64,000 nucleotides of DNA from Hyalangium minutum (GTDB lineage Bacteria; Myxococcota; Myxococcia; Myxococcales; Myxococcaceae): positions 186,001-250,000 of the forward strand of contig NZ_JMCB01000009.1 in the NCBI RefSeq assembly GCF_000737315.1. Reading direction: 5' to 3'. The translations under genes were made by a program, and so were the position numbers. Each line of letters begins with the position of its first letter. Position 1 is the first letter of the stretch. Below, piece after piece: positions 34,738 to 43,940 of this stretch. The notes below the pieces were generated by a model. It worked only from the letters and a program-made list of their open reading frames with translations. It made no database searches and had not been told where the DNA came from.

Positions 34738-35712
34738 TCAGGAAGCGGCCCGCACCTCGGTCATCACGGCCAAGGCCTTCCCGTAGCGCCCGGACTCGTA
34801 GGACCAGTCGAGGTTGCCGCGCACCCAGCAGCGCAGGCCCTTCAAGTAGCGCTGGAGCGCCACATCCGTCTCCAGCCCGTAGGAGGGCAGGCCCCGCTCC
34901 AGCTCCACGTACTCGCGCATGCGCTGGTTGTAGAGCCGCGCGGCATGGTCCATTGCCCCCTGCGCGCTCAGCCCGTACTCATGCTGCAGAACGAGGACCA
35001 GGTTGTGCACGTCCCCCGCCCGTACTTCCTTGTCGAGCGAGAGCATATCGTTCACCCAGGACACGCCATCGTCCGCCCGCACCTCCAGCGCGTGGACGTA
35101 CTCGAGGATCTCCGGCGTCAGCGCCACTCCCTCCACCAGCTCCACCAGCGAGAAGAACTGATAGAGCGCGGAGGTGTGCCGCCGGAACTCCATGTACTCG
35201 GCCAGCGGGGGAACCCGGTGGCTGGCCCGGTTCTCCGCCTCCCAGTGGCAGGCGTAGGCGTAGCCCTCGAAGGTCTGGATGAAGCGCTGCTCCCAGCGGG
35301 GCGTGCCGCGCTGGCGCATCCGCTCCCAGAGGTCCGCCAGGCCCACCATCACCGGGCCTTCATCCCCCCGCAGGGGACGGGGATGTTTCATGCGATCGAT
35401 GATCTCGCCGAGCTGGGCCTTCAAGCGCTCCGGGTAGCGCCCCATCTCCGCCTCGTCGTACAGATCATCCACCAGGAACAGCCAGCTCATGTAAGTGGCC
35501 ACCAGGAGCAGATCCTCGAAGCTGGCATCCGGGTGCACCCGGCCCGTCAGCCAGGCGAACTTGGCCGCCTTGAAGCGCTCCAATTGCGCCTCCGTGCGGA
35601 AGTAGCGCCGGGCCTGCATCCATTGGTTGACCTGTTTCTGGACCGCTTCCACGTGAGGACTGATGGCTGCTGGAAACGGGCAATACAGCTCCGGGATTTC
35701 GATGGTCCTCAA
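34738..35712 (-). CDS. Class I (sesqui)terpene synthase, single domain
   Basis: DDLYDE, effector Arg in FRRHTS, NSE motif NDMLSLDKE, WSYESGRY; TTG start with GGGGAG RBS. Confidence 0.92.
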   Translation of the reverse strand: MRTIEIPELYCPFPAAISPHVEAVQKQVNQWMQARRYFRTEAQLERFKAAKFAWLTGRVHPDASFEDLLLVATYMSWLFLVDDLYDEAEMGRYPERLKAQLGEIIDRMKHPRPLRGDEGPVMVGLADLWERMRQRGTPRWEQRFIQTFEGYAYACHWEAENRASHRVPPLAEYMEFRRHTSALYQFFSLVELVEGVALTPEILEYVHALEVRADDGVSWVNDMLSLDKEVRAGDVHNLVLVLQHEYGLSAQGAMDHAARLYNQRMREYVELERGLPSYGLETDVALQRYLKGLRCWVRGNLDWSYESGRYGKALAVMTEVRAAS

Positions 35713-35878
35713 CGTGAACTCCCCCTGTATGGGCCCAGTGATCGCCCTCCTGGGCCTGGAGACATCGTAACGTGGACAGGCGGCCTACCGCATGTTTCCG
35801 GGACCTGTCAGGTGGGGCCGCACCTCCTGGCTCCTGTAACGCTTCGCGCCAGTCGCTTCATGAAACACCGCTAGAGTC

Positions 35879-36574
35879 ATGCATGTGACGAAAATGCCTC
35901 ACCTCCAACCGATGGGTGATTCAGCCTTCATCCTCCGCTTCGGAGACGCCATCTCCCTGGAGATCCATGAGCGCGTCGTCGCGACCTTGCGCGTCCTCGA
36001 TTCTTGGCGTGAGCGCTGGGTCGTGGATCTCGTGCCCGGCTACGCGAGCGTCATGGTCCACTACGACGCGCTACAGGTGGATCCCGAGCGGGTACGGCGC
36101 TGGCTGGAGGACGCGCTCCCCCGCGCGAGGCCCGAGGCCACCCCCCACCGGATCATCGAAGTGCCGGTCTGGTACCACCCGTCCGTCGCGCCGGATCTCG
36201 AGCCCCTCGCACAAGAGAAGGGCCTCACCGTGGAGGAGCTCGTCCGCCTCCACACGGCTCCTGAATACATTGTCTACATGCTGGGTTTCCGTCCCGGCTT
36301 CCCATTTCTGGGCGGGCTGAATCCCCGCTTGTTTTCACCCCGCCTGGCGACGCCTCGCCCCACCATACCTGCTGGGTCGGTTGGGATCGGTGGCCAGCAG
36401 ACAGGCATTTATCCGCTCAAGAGCCCGGGTGGCTGGCGGCTGATCGGGCGGACTCCCTGGAAGCTCTTTGATCCAGGAGTGGATCCGCCCGTGACCCTGG
36501 GTGTGGGAGATCACCTTCGCTTCGTCTCCATCACCGAAGCTCAGTTTCGAGAGCTCGGCGGAGGCGTGCAGTGA
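35879..36574 (+). CDS. pxpB: 5-oxoprolinase subunit B
   Basis: VPGYASV, YIVYMLGFRPGFPFLG, PAGSVGIGGQQTGIYP..SPGGW.LIGRT. Confidence 0.9.
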   Translation: MHVTKMPHLQPMGDSAFILRFGDAISLEIHERVVATLRVLDSWRERWVVDLVPGYASVMVHYDALQVDPERVRRWLEDALPRARPEATPHRIIEVPVWYHPSVAPDLEPLAQEKGLTVEELVRLHTAPEYIVYMLGFRPGFPFLGGLNPRLFSPRLATPRPTIPAGSVGIGGQQTGIYPLKSPGGWRLIGRTPWKLFDPGVDPPVTLGVGDHLRFVSITEAQFRELGGGVQ

Positions 36575-37500
36575 GCCTCCACGTCCAGAAGCCAGGGCTG
36601 TTCACGACGATCCAGGATGCTGGCCGGCCGGGGCACGGACGGTGGGGCGTGTCTCCGGGCGGTGCGATGGATCCGCTCGCGCTGGCGCTCGCCAATCGTC
36701 TGGTAGGAAACAGTGCCCAGGCTGCGGCGCTCGAGGTGACGGCCCTAGGACCGGAGCTGGTGTTCGAGGAAGAGGCCACCTTCGCGGTGACAGGAGCGGA
36801 TCTCAGCGCCACCTTGGAGGGAATTCGGCTGCCGCTGGCTCAGGCCCACCGCGCCCGCTCCGGGCAGGTACTCAAGTTCGGTGCCCGAGTTCAGGGCGCG
36901 CGAGCGTATGTGGCAGTGGCTGGAGGGTTGGCTCGCGGCGCGCGGCCCTTCATGGGCAGTGTGGCCACCGACATCGAGACAGGACTGGGGGGGCTCAGTG
37001 GCAGGCCGTTGCGCGCGGGGGATGTGCTCGAGCTGGAGCCTCAGCCCTCCTTTCAGCCGAGAACGGTCCCGTCAGGCTGGGAGCGCTGGTACGAACCTCG
37101 CGACGTGGTGCGCTTCATCCCCGAGGAGGGCACACGGCTCCTGCCCGAGGCGCTCGAGCGCTTCACGGGCTCGCGCTTCCGGATCTCGCCGCGCTCGAAC
37201 CGCGTGGGGTACCGGCTCGAAGGCACGCCCCTGCCCACGGAGTCCACCGGGATGCAGCTCTCGGAGCCTGTCGCCCCCGGGACCCTTCAGCTCCCTCCGG
37301 ACGGCAACCCCATCGTGCTGATGGCGGATCGGCAGACCACCGGGGGCTATCCTCGGCTCGGACACGTCATCCGCGCCGACGTGCCCAAGCTCGCACAGCT
37401 GTGGCTGGGAGACAGGGTGAGCTTCCGTGCCGTCGCGCTCGAAGAGGCCCGGCAGGCCCTGCACGAGCTGCAGTCCTGGCTCGACACGGCGGTGGTGTGA
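36571..37500 (+). CDS. pxpC: 5-oxoprolinase subunit C
   Basis: TTIQDAGR.G, GAMD, GARAYVAV, SNRVGYRL, DRQTTGGYP. Confidence 0.9.
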   Translation: MSLHVQKPGLFTTIQDAGRPGHGRWGVSPGGAMDPLALALANRLVGNSAQAAALEVTALGPELVFEEEATFAVTGADLSATLEGIRLPLAQAHRARSGQVLKFGARVQGARAYVAVAGGLARGARPFMGSVATDIETGLGGLSGRPLRAGDVLELEPQPSFQPRTVPSGWERWYEPRDVVRFIPEEGTRLLPEALERFTGSRFRISPRSNRVGYRLEGTPLPTESTGMQLSEPVAPGTLQLPPDGNPIVLMADRQTTGGYPRLGHVIRADVPKLAQLWLGDRVSFRAVALEEARQALHELQSWLDTAVV

Positions 37501-38237
37501 TGGCGGAAGGAGCGACGTCCATGGACTGTCTTCTCAACATTGATCTCGGTGAGCTGCCCGGGGAGGACGAGCAGCTCTATGCGCTCGCCCATGTGGCCAA
37601 CATCGCCTGCGGCGGCCACGCGGGGGATGAAGCCTCCATCCGCTCCGCCCTGGAGCAGTGCCTCCGCCATGGAACCCTGGCCGGCGCCCACCCCTCCTAC
37701 GCGGATCGCGAGGGCTTCGGGCGGCGCGCTCTGGACGTGCCTCCCGAGGTGCTGCGCGCCCAGGTGGTGGAGCAGTGCACCCGGCTCGCCACCCAGGCCC
37801 GAGCCCTGAGCCTGCCGGTGAAGTACGCCAAGCCGCACGGTGCGCTCTACCACTCGGCCAACAAGTCCCCGGAGCTGGCGCGGGCAGTGGTGTCCGCAGT
37901 GCGCGAGGTGCTCGGCTCCGACGTCACCGTCATCGGCCCGCCCTCCGGCGCACTGCGCGAGGCGGCCCAGGGAGAGGGGCTCGCCTACGCTCGGGAAGGA
38001 TTCGCGGATCGCGGCATACTGCCGGACGGCTCGCTCATTCCCCGAGGCCAGCCTGGTGCCGTCATCACCGATCCCCAGGTGGCCCGGCAGAACGCGATCC
38101 GCCTGGCCCAGGCGGGATCCATCGATACCCTCTGCGTCCATGGCGACACCCCAGGCGCGGTGACCGTGGCGCGAGAGGTCCGTGCCGCGCTCGATGCGCT
38201 GACGAAAAAGTCCCAGGCCCGCACCGCGAGGACGTAA
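37500..38237 (+). CDS. pxpA: 5-oxoprolinase subunit A (LamB/YcsF)
   Basis: LNIDLGE, NIACGGHAGD, GAHPSY.DREGFGRR, KPHGALY, EGFADR, TLCVHGD; ATG overlaps the pxpC stop. Confidence 0.9.
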   Translation: MAEGATSMDCLLNIDLGELPGEDEQLYALAHVANIACGGHAGDEASIRSALEQCLRHGTLAGAHPSYADREGFGRRALDVPPEVLRAQVVEQCTRLATQARALSLPVKYAKPHGALYHSANKSPELARAVVSAVREVLGSDVTVIGPPSGALREAAQGEGLAYAREGFADRGILPDGSLIPRGQPGAVITDPQVARQNAIRLAQAGSIDTLCVHGDTPGAVTVAREVRAALDALTKKSQARTART

Positions 38238-38240
38238 AAC

Positions 38241-38268
38241 GGCTCCTCCCTCTACCCCGGGAGGAGCC
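38241..38268 (+). promoter_or_regulatory. Perfect 10-bp hairpin enclosing the Shine-Dalgarno of the next gene
   Basis: GGCTCCTCCC-TCTACCCC-GGGAGGAGCC immediately before GTG 38269. Confidence 0.55.
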
Positions 38269-39429
38269 GTGAACCGAACCCCTGCGCTGTCGATGCCGCT
38301 GCTCGTTTCCCTCCTGTCTGCCGCGCCGATCCTCGGCTGCGCGACGACTGCCCCCTCCCCACAGTCCGAGCCACCTCCGCAAGACGCCCAGACCGCTCCA
38401 CCCGCTCCGCTCGGCGATCGGGTGATCCCGCCGCTGCCCGCTTGGACCGACAGGTTCGCCAAACCCAACGAGGTCCCGCCTCCCTTCTTCGCCATCACCC
38501 GGCTCATGGAGCGCTACTCGCTCACCCGCGCCCAGGCCGTCGAGCTGCAGAACCACTACCGCGATCTCACCCGCGCCAACGCGAGCCTCGATCCGGAGCA
38601 GGCCTTCGCCACCGCCCTGAAGCGGGTGCAAGAGAACCAGTTCGAGCGCCCCTTGGATGTGGAGCAGCTCCGCCAGGCGAAGTTCATCGTCGTGTTCGAT
38701 CTGGATGAGACGCTCTGGAGCCAGTACGACCCGGCCAGGACTCCCGTCACGTGCGCCGACTTCGTCATGCAGGGAGCGCAGGCCGCTGGCACGCCGAACG
38801 TGAAGCTCATCCCCGGCTGGCAGCAGGCCTTCGAGCGCATCCGGGCACTGGGCGGCGCCATCGTCATCTTCTCCGCCAACCTGGACGATCCCACCCTCGC
38901 CCGGCTGGAGCAGTGGAAGTTCCACGGCACCCCGCTCCTCCAGTCCCCCGAGATCGCTGGCGTCCTCACCAACAGCCACCTCATCCTGCAGGACAAGGCC
39001 GAGGAGCCGAAGAACAACCCCGTCCGCGAGCCCTCCAAGGATCTGCGCATCTTCAATGACGATCCCAAGGCCAAGGGAGTCTCGGAGAAGGTGATCATCG
39101 TCGACGACAACCCGGTGCGCCTCTTCAACGATCAGCTGACCCACGCCCGCGTCATCAAGAAGTTCGAGGCCAAGCACTACTGCGCATCCCCCGGGGATCC
39201 GCGGGTGCGCAAGGCCTTCGATGACTCGCTGGCGGAGGTGGTGCGCGAGCTCGAAGAGTCAGCCCAGTACATGAACCAGAAGGGCGTGGGCTTCTCGAGG
39301 GCCTTCCTGCCCTACTCATGGCTGGGGCAGCTCACCGTGCGCTTCCTCATGGAGAGCGGCGGCCTGGATCGCGCCCAAGCCATCGACTCCGTGCGCAGCA
39401 ATCCCGAGACCGTGGATCAGAAGTTCTGA
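38269..39429 (+). CDS. HAD-superfamily (NIF/FCP1-like) phosphatase lipoprotein
   Basis: Lipobox ILGC; motif I VFDLDETL, motif II IFSA, motif IV IVDDN. Confidence 0.7.
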   Translation: MNRTPALSMPLLVSLLSAAPILGCATTAPSPQSEPPPQDAQTAPPAPLGDRVIPPLPAWTDRFAKPNEVPPPFFAITRLMERYSLTRAQAVELQNHYRDLTRANASLDPEQAFATALKRVQENQFERPLDVEQLRQAKFIVVFDLDETLWSQYDPARTPVTCADFVMQGAQAAGTPNVKLIPGWQQAFERIRALGGAIVIFSANLDDPTLARLEQWKFHGTPLLQSPEIAGVLTNSHLILQDKAEEPKNNPVREPSKDLRIFNDDPKAKGVSEKVIIVDDNPVRLFNDQLTHARVIKKFEAKHYCASPGDPRVRKAFDDSLAEVVRELEESAQYMNQKGVGFSRAFLPYSWLGQLTVRFLMESGGLDRAQAIDSVRSNPETVDQKF

Positions 39430-39603
39430 AGTGGGCGCCGACCCTCCCTCGAGATTCAGGCAAAGCGGAAAGGTTGACCAACACCGGCCGCTCCTCGTGC
39501 ACGGCGGACACAGGGCGGCGACGCCGGGCCGCTTCTTCGCCATACTGTCCGCGCACGTGGAGACCCGCTCCACGGCGAGTGCTGGATTCAGGTGGAGGGT
39601 CGC

Positions 39604-40197
39604 ATGAGGGTCTTCGTTCCGCTCTTCCTCGGACTGTGCCTCGTGGGAGGCACCGCTCAGGCTGGCGCCGTCAAGCAGCGCAAGCCCAAGGGCCGAGAGC
39701 TGGCCCTCGTGAAAGAGGCACTCGGGGGCAAGGAGCCCGTCCCCAAGAAAGTCCTCTTCGTCTCCATGAAGAGCACCGGCGCCTTCTTCTTCGTGCCGGT
39801 GATGGACTTCACCGCGAGACCGCCCCTCCAGCTACACCTGGTGCAGGACAAGAAGCTCCTCGGCACGCTGGCGCCCACGCCTGCGGACAAGAGCTGGCCC
39901 GTGCTCCGCTTCGAGGGCGCCGTCTTCAAGGACGTGAACGACGATGGCCTCGAGGACGTCATCACCCTGACGCGGTACATGCCGGTGACGGGCCCCAAGG
40001 CGGACCAGGTCTTCAATCAGGCCGCCATCTACCTGGGCCGCGAGGGCAAGACCTTTGAGCTGCTCTCGGGCCCCGTGCTCGACGCCCTCAACGAGAAGCC
40101 GCCGCCCTCCATGGGCGAGGTGCTCAAGCGGCTGAAGAAGCTCGACAAGCAGAAGCTCGCCCTGCCCGCGCGCGTCAGCTCCGGCCCCAAGCCGTGA
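39604..40197 (+). CDS. Secreted hypothetical protein with FG-GAP-like Ca-binding motif
   Basis: Signal peptide ending AQA; DVNDDGLEDVI. Confidence 0.65.
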   Translation: MRVFVPLFLGLCLVGGTAQAGAVKQRKPKGRELALVKEALGGKEPVPKKVLFVSMKSTGAFFFVPVMDFTARPPLQLHLVQDKKLLGTLAPTPADKSWPVLRFEGAVFKDVNDDGLEDVITLTRYMPVTGPKADQVFNQAAIYLGREGKTFELLSGPVLDALNEKPPPSMGEVLKRLKKLDKQKLALPARVSSGPKP

Positions 40198-40416
40198 GCC
40201 GCTCGCCGTCCGTCGGCGGGATTTCAGCCCGCCGCGAAGTCTCCAGCGCCTGCGGTACGCATGTCTGGATTCAGGCGCCAATCCTTCCAGTCCGCACCGA
40301 AGTCTCCGCCTCGATTGCGCCGTCCCCGCCTCGTTTCAGCCAGTGAGAATTCGCTTCTCACTTACCAAGAAATGCATGCCATCATCCTCGGAGAAGTGAT
40401 TCTCACGAGGTGAGAA

Positions 40417-42117
40417 ATGCGTCGGACGGACTTGGGTCGTCGCGGTGCTGGCTCCCGGAGAAACACCCCCTGGCTGCGCTCGTGGGGCGCCTGGGGAGCC
40501 CTGCTGATCACCCTGGCGGGCTGTCAGGGAATGCCCACGGACTCGGAGGGAAAGGGTCCTGGCGATGGGGACAAGGTGGCGGTGGGCCCCATTCCCTCGC
40601 AGGCGATTCGCCGGCTCACCCGCACCGAGTACCTGAACACAGTGCGCGAGTTGCTGGGCCCCAGCGCTACCACCTCGCAGGTGCTGCCCGCAGATGACCT
40701 GGTGGACGGCTACGACAACAACACGCAGGTGCTGGGCATCGGCTCGCTGCTGCTGGAGAAGTACGCACTGGCGGCGGAGGATCTGGTGAGCTCAGCGCTG
40801 GCCTCCGGCAACGCGGACGGGCGGGCACGGCTGCTGACGTGTGACTTCTCCGGCGTGAACGAGACGCCGTGCGCGCGGCAGATCCTCTCCAGCTTCGGGC
40901 GCAAGGCGTGGCGCCGGCCGCTGACCTCCGAGGATGTGGAGCGGCTGATGGGGTTGGTGCAGGCCAGCCGCGCGGCTGGGGACTCCTTCGAGGTGGCGCT
41001 GGGCGTGGGGATGCAGGCGATCCTCACCTCGCCGCACTTCCTGTTCCGCGTGGAGGTGGATCCGTCTCGCGGCGTGGTGAGCTCGCACCTGCTCAGCCCG
41101 CACGAGCTGGCCACGCGGCTGGCGTACTTCCTCTGGAGCAGCCCGCCGGATGAGGCGCTGATGGCGGCGGCCGAGGCGGGCACCCTGCAAGAGCCCGCGG
41201 AGCTGGAGCGGCAGACGCGGCGCATGCTGTCCGCTCCGAAAGCCCAGGCGCTGGTGGACAACTTCGCCAGCCAGTGGCTGCGCACGCGCCAGCTCACTCA
41301 GGCGCAGCCCTCTCCCGCGCTGTTCCCCACCTTCACCTCGCTCCAGCTCGCGCAGGCCATGAGCCAGGAGACGGCGCTCGTCTTCGCCGAGCTGCTCAAA
41401 GGGGACCGGAGCATGTTGGATCTGCTGGACGCGGACTTCACCTATGTGAACTCGGCGCTGGCGGCGCACTACGGGATTCCGGGCACCTTCGATCCGGTCC
41501 GTTTCACGCGGGTGGCCCTGCCCGAGAGCAGCAACCGCCGCGGCCTCCTCACCCACGGCAGCATCCTCGCGCTCAACGCCACGCCCACGCGCAACTCCAC
41601 GGTGAAGCGCGGCAAGTGGGTGCTGGGCCGGCTGCTGTGCCAAGAACCCCCTCCTCCTCCTGCTTCCATTCCCCAGCTTCCCTCCGGGCCCACCACCGGC
41701 TCGCTGCGCCAGCGCATGGAGCAGCACGTGAGCTCGCCCATGTGCTCCTCGTGCCACGCGCAGATGGATCCCATCGGCTTCGCGCTGGAGCACTACGACG
41801 CCATTGGTGCCTGGCGCGCCACAGATGGTGAATACGCCATCGACGCGCGCGGCACGCTGCCGGATGGGCGCTCGTTCGACGGGGCCATCGAGCTGGGCCG
41901 CACGCTCAAGGCGGATGCGGCCCTGCCCAGCTGCATGGTGCGCCACCTCTTCACCTACGCCCTGGGCCGCCAGCCCGAGGTGGATGACGAGGCAGTGCTG
42001 AAGCAGCTCACGCAGTCCTTTGGAGATCAGGGCTACCGCATGAAGGAGCTGCTGGTGCAGCTCACCCTCAGTCCCACGTTCCGGATGCGCACCTCGCAGC
42101 AGGAGGCTCACCAATGA
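40417..42117 (+). CDS. DUF1592-cluster protein (DUF1587/1595/1592/1588/1585), lipoprotein, one CxxCH
   Basis: RRLTRTEYLNTVRELL, AWRRPL, ELATRLAYFLWSSPPD, RGKWVL, CSSCH. Confidence 0.88.
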   Translation: MRRTDLGRRGAGSRRNTPWLRSWGAWGALLITLAGCQGMPTDSEGKGPGDGDKVAVGPIPSQAIRRLTRTEYLNTVRELLGPSATTSQVLPADDLVDGYDNNTQVLGIGSLLLEKYALAAEDLVSSALASGNADGRARLLTCDFSGVNETPCARQILSSFGRKAWRRPLTSEDVERLMGLVQASRAAGDSFEVALGVGMQAILTSPHFLFRVEVDPSRGVVSSHLLSPHELATRLAYFLWSSPPDEALMAAAEAGTLQEPAELERQTRRMLSAPKAQALVDNFASQWLRTRQLTQAQPSPALFPTFTSLQLAQAMSQETALVFAELLKGDRSMLDLLDADFTYVNSALAAHYGIPGTFDPVRFTRVALPESSNRRGLLTHGSILALNATPTRNSTVKRGKWVLGRLLCQEPPPPPASIPQLPSGPTTGSLRQRMEQHVSSPMCSSCHAQMDPIGFALEHYDAIGAWRATDGEYAIDARGTLPDGRSFDGAIELGRTLKADAALPSCMVRHLFTYALGRQPEVDDEAVLKQLTQSFGDQGYRMKELLVQLTLSPTFRMRTSQQEAHQ

Positions 42118-43466
42118 AGAAGTCCTGGGAGCTGTCTCGGCGAACCTTCCTCCGAGGCGCAGGCACGCTGATGGCGCTGCCCGTGCTGGAGGCCATGGCC
42201 CCCTCCCTGGCGCGGGCGCAGACTGCGGGCCAGCCGTCACCTCGGCGAATGATGGCCTTCTTCGTTCCCAACGGCATGTACCCGGCCGAGTGGTACCCCA
42301 CCACCAGCGGCGAGAACTACACGCTGAGCCCGCTGCTGTCGCCGCTGGAGTCCTACAAGAGCGACTTCCTGGTGCTCTCGGGGCTGGCGAACAAGCCGAG
42401 CCACTTTTCCTCGGTGGACGTGGGGCACGTGGCTTCCACGTCCACGTTCCTCACGGGCACCTCGGTGGCGGAGCTGCCGCTGCGCAACGGCATGTCCATG
42501 GACCAGGTCGCCGCCGCCCAGCTCAAGCAGTACACCCGCTTCCCCTCGCTGGAGCTGGGCACGAAGAGCGGCACCTCGTACGTGCTGCACAACAACATCT
42601 CCTGGGGTGCCAACTCCACGCCAATGCCCAAGGAGATCCGTCCGGACATCCTCTTCGACCGGCTCTTCGAGGGCCAGACCGGCTCGCAGAGCGCCGAGGC
42701 GGCCGAGGCCCGGCGCCGGCGGCGCCTGAGCGTGCTGGACTCCGTGAAGCAGGACACGGAGCGGCTCGAGGCAAAGCTGGGGCGGGAGGATCGGCTCCGG
42801 ATGGACGAGTACCTGACGGGCGTGCGCGAGCTGGAGCAGCGGGTGCAGCAGACGCGGGTGGCGCAGTGCACCCCGGGCACGCGGCCGGCGCAGACCTCGG
42901 ATGTGCGCCAGCAGGTGAAGCTGATGCTGGACATGGTGGTGCTGGCGTTCCAGTGCGATCTGACGCGCGTGGCGACCTTCATGTACGGCGAGGCGGTGGA
43001 CGACACCAGCTATCCCTTCCTCTCGATTCCGGACGGCCGGGGCGGCTCCATTCCGGTGAGCCAGGGTCACCACACGCTGAGCCATGAGATCGCCGCGGGC
43101 TCGCAGAGCCAGAAGATGTACAGCGCCATCTGCAAGTGGGAGGTGGAGCAGTTCGCCTACCTGCTTGGGAAGATGAAGGCGGTGCAGGAGCCGGACGGCA
43201 CGCTGCTGGACAACTCGGTGGTGCTCTTCGGCAGCGGCATCGGCGAGTCCAACCTGCACGACACGCTCAACATGCCGGTGCTGCTGGCCGGCAAGGGCGG
43301 CGGGAAGATCCGGCCGGGGCGGCACATCGTCTACAAGGACCCGCTGAACTTCTATACGCAGGGCGTGCCCATCGCGAAGCTGTTCGTGTCCATGCTCGGC
43401 GCGGTGGGCGTGAACGCGACGAAGTTCGGCGACGACGGGGACGGCCTTCTGCCCAACCTGGCGTAG
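42114..43466 (+). CDS. DUF1552 family protein with Tat signal
   Basis: SRRTFLRG Tat motif, PNGM, FQCDLTRV, HHTLSH, TLLDNS; ATGA overlap with the upstream gene. Confidence 0.9.
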   Translation: MKKSWELSRRTFLRGAGTLMALPVLEAMAPSLARAQTAGQPSPRRMMAFFVPNGMYPAEWYPTTSGENYTLSPLLSPLESYKSDFLVLSGLANKPSHFSSVDVGHVASTSTFLTGTSVAELPLRNGMSMDQVAAAQLKQYTRFPSLELGTKSGTSYVLHNNISWGANSTPMPKEIRPDILFDRLFEGQTGSQSAEAAEARRRRRLSVLDSVKQDTERLEAKLGREDRLRMDEYLTGVRELEQRVQQTRVAQCTPGTRPAQTSDVRQQVKLMLDMVVLAFQCDLTRVATFMYGEAVDDTSYPFLSIPDGRGGSIPVSQGHHTLSHEIAAGSQSQKMYSAICKWEVEQFAYLLGKMKAVQEPDGTLLDNSVVLFGSGIGESNLHDTLNMPVLLAGKGGGKIRPGRHIVYKDPLNFYTQGVPIAKLFVSMLGAVGVNATKFGDDGDGLLPNLA

Positions 43467-43506
43467 GGCCGCCTCCAGTCAGGTACTCCCGAGGCTCAAA
43501 GCCCTC

Positions 43507-43854
43507 TCAGTGCGAGCGGCCGTCGAAGTGCTGGACGGGGATGGCGGTGAAGTCCACGCCCTCGAGGCAGCGAACGTTGACCGCCGCCATGCGGTTGCCG
43601 GAGGGATCGGTGCCCTCTCCAAACGGGTGAATGCCGCACTTCGCGCAGAACCGATGCTGGATGACGTGCTTGTTGAAAGTGTAAGTGCCCATCCGGTCCG
43701 CGGGCGTTGTCAGACGCAGGCTGTCCCGAGGAACGAACCAGAGCAGCGAGCCCCTCCGCGAACACATGGAGCAGTTGCACGACACGACCTGCTTGATGTC
43801 CCCCTCCACCTCGAAGGCGATACCTCTGCAGTGGCAGCTTCCCTTGTAGTTCAT
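43507..43854 (-). CDS. GFA/CENP-V family protein
   Basis: GSCHC, CNCSMC, FCAKCG, VNVRCL. Confidence 0.92.
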   Translation of the reverse strand: MNYKGSCHCRGIAFEVEGDIKQVVSCNCSMCSRRGSLLWFVPRDSLRLTTPADRMGTYTFNKHVIQHRFCAKCGIHPFGEGTDPSGNRMAAVNVRCLEGVDFTAIPVQHFDGRSH

Positions 43855-43940
43855 CGCAATCCCTCCCAGGCTCAGCGTTTCGGCGGAGGGTATGCCCTAG
43901 CCCCTGTGTCTGCGCATCCTCTTTCATCTATGGTCCTGCC

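Noticed and set aside
40342-40406. Fur box
   Set aside because: Half-site spacing (N4-N5) does not match the 7-1-7 Fur arrangement; kept only as an unassigned operator candidate.
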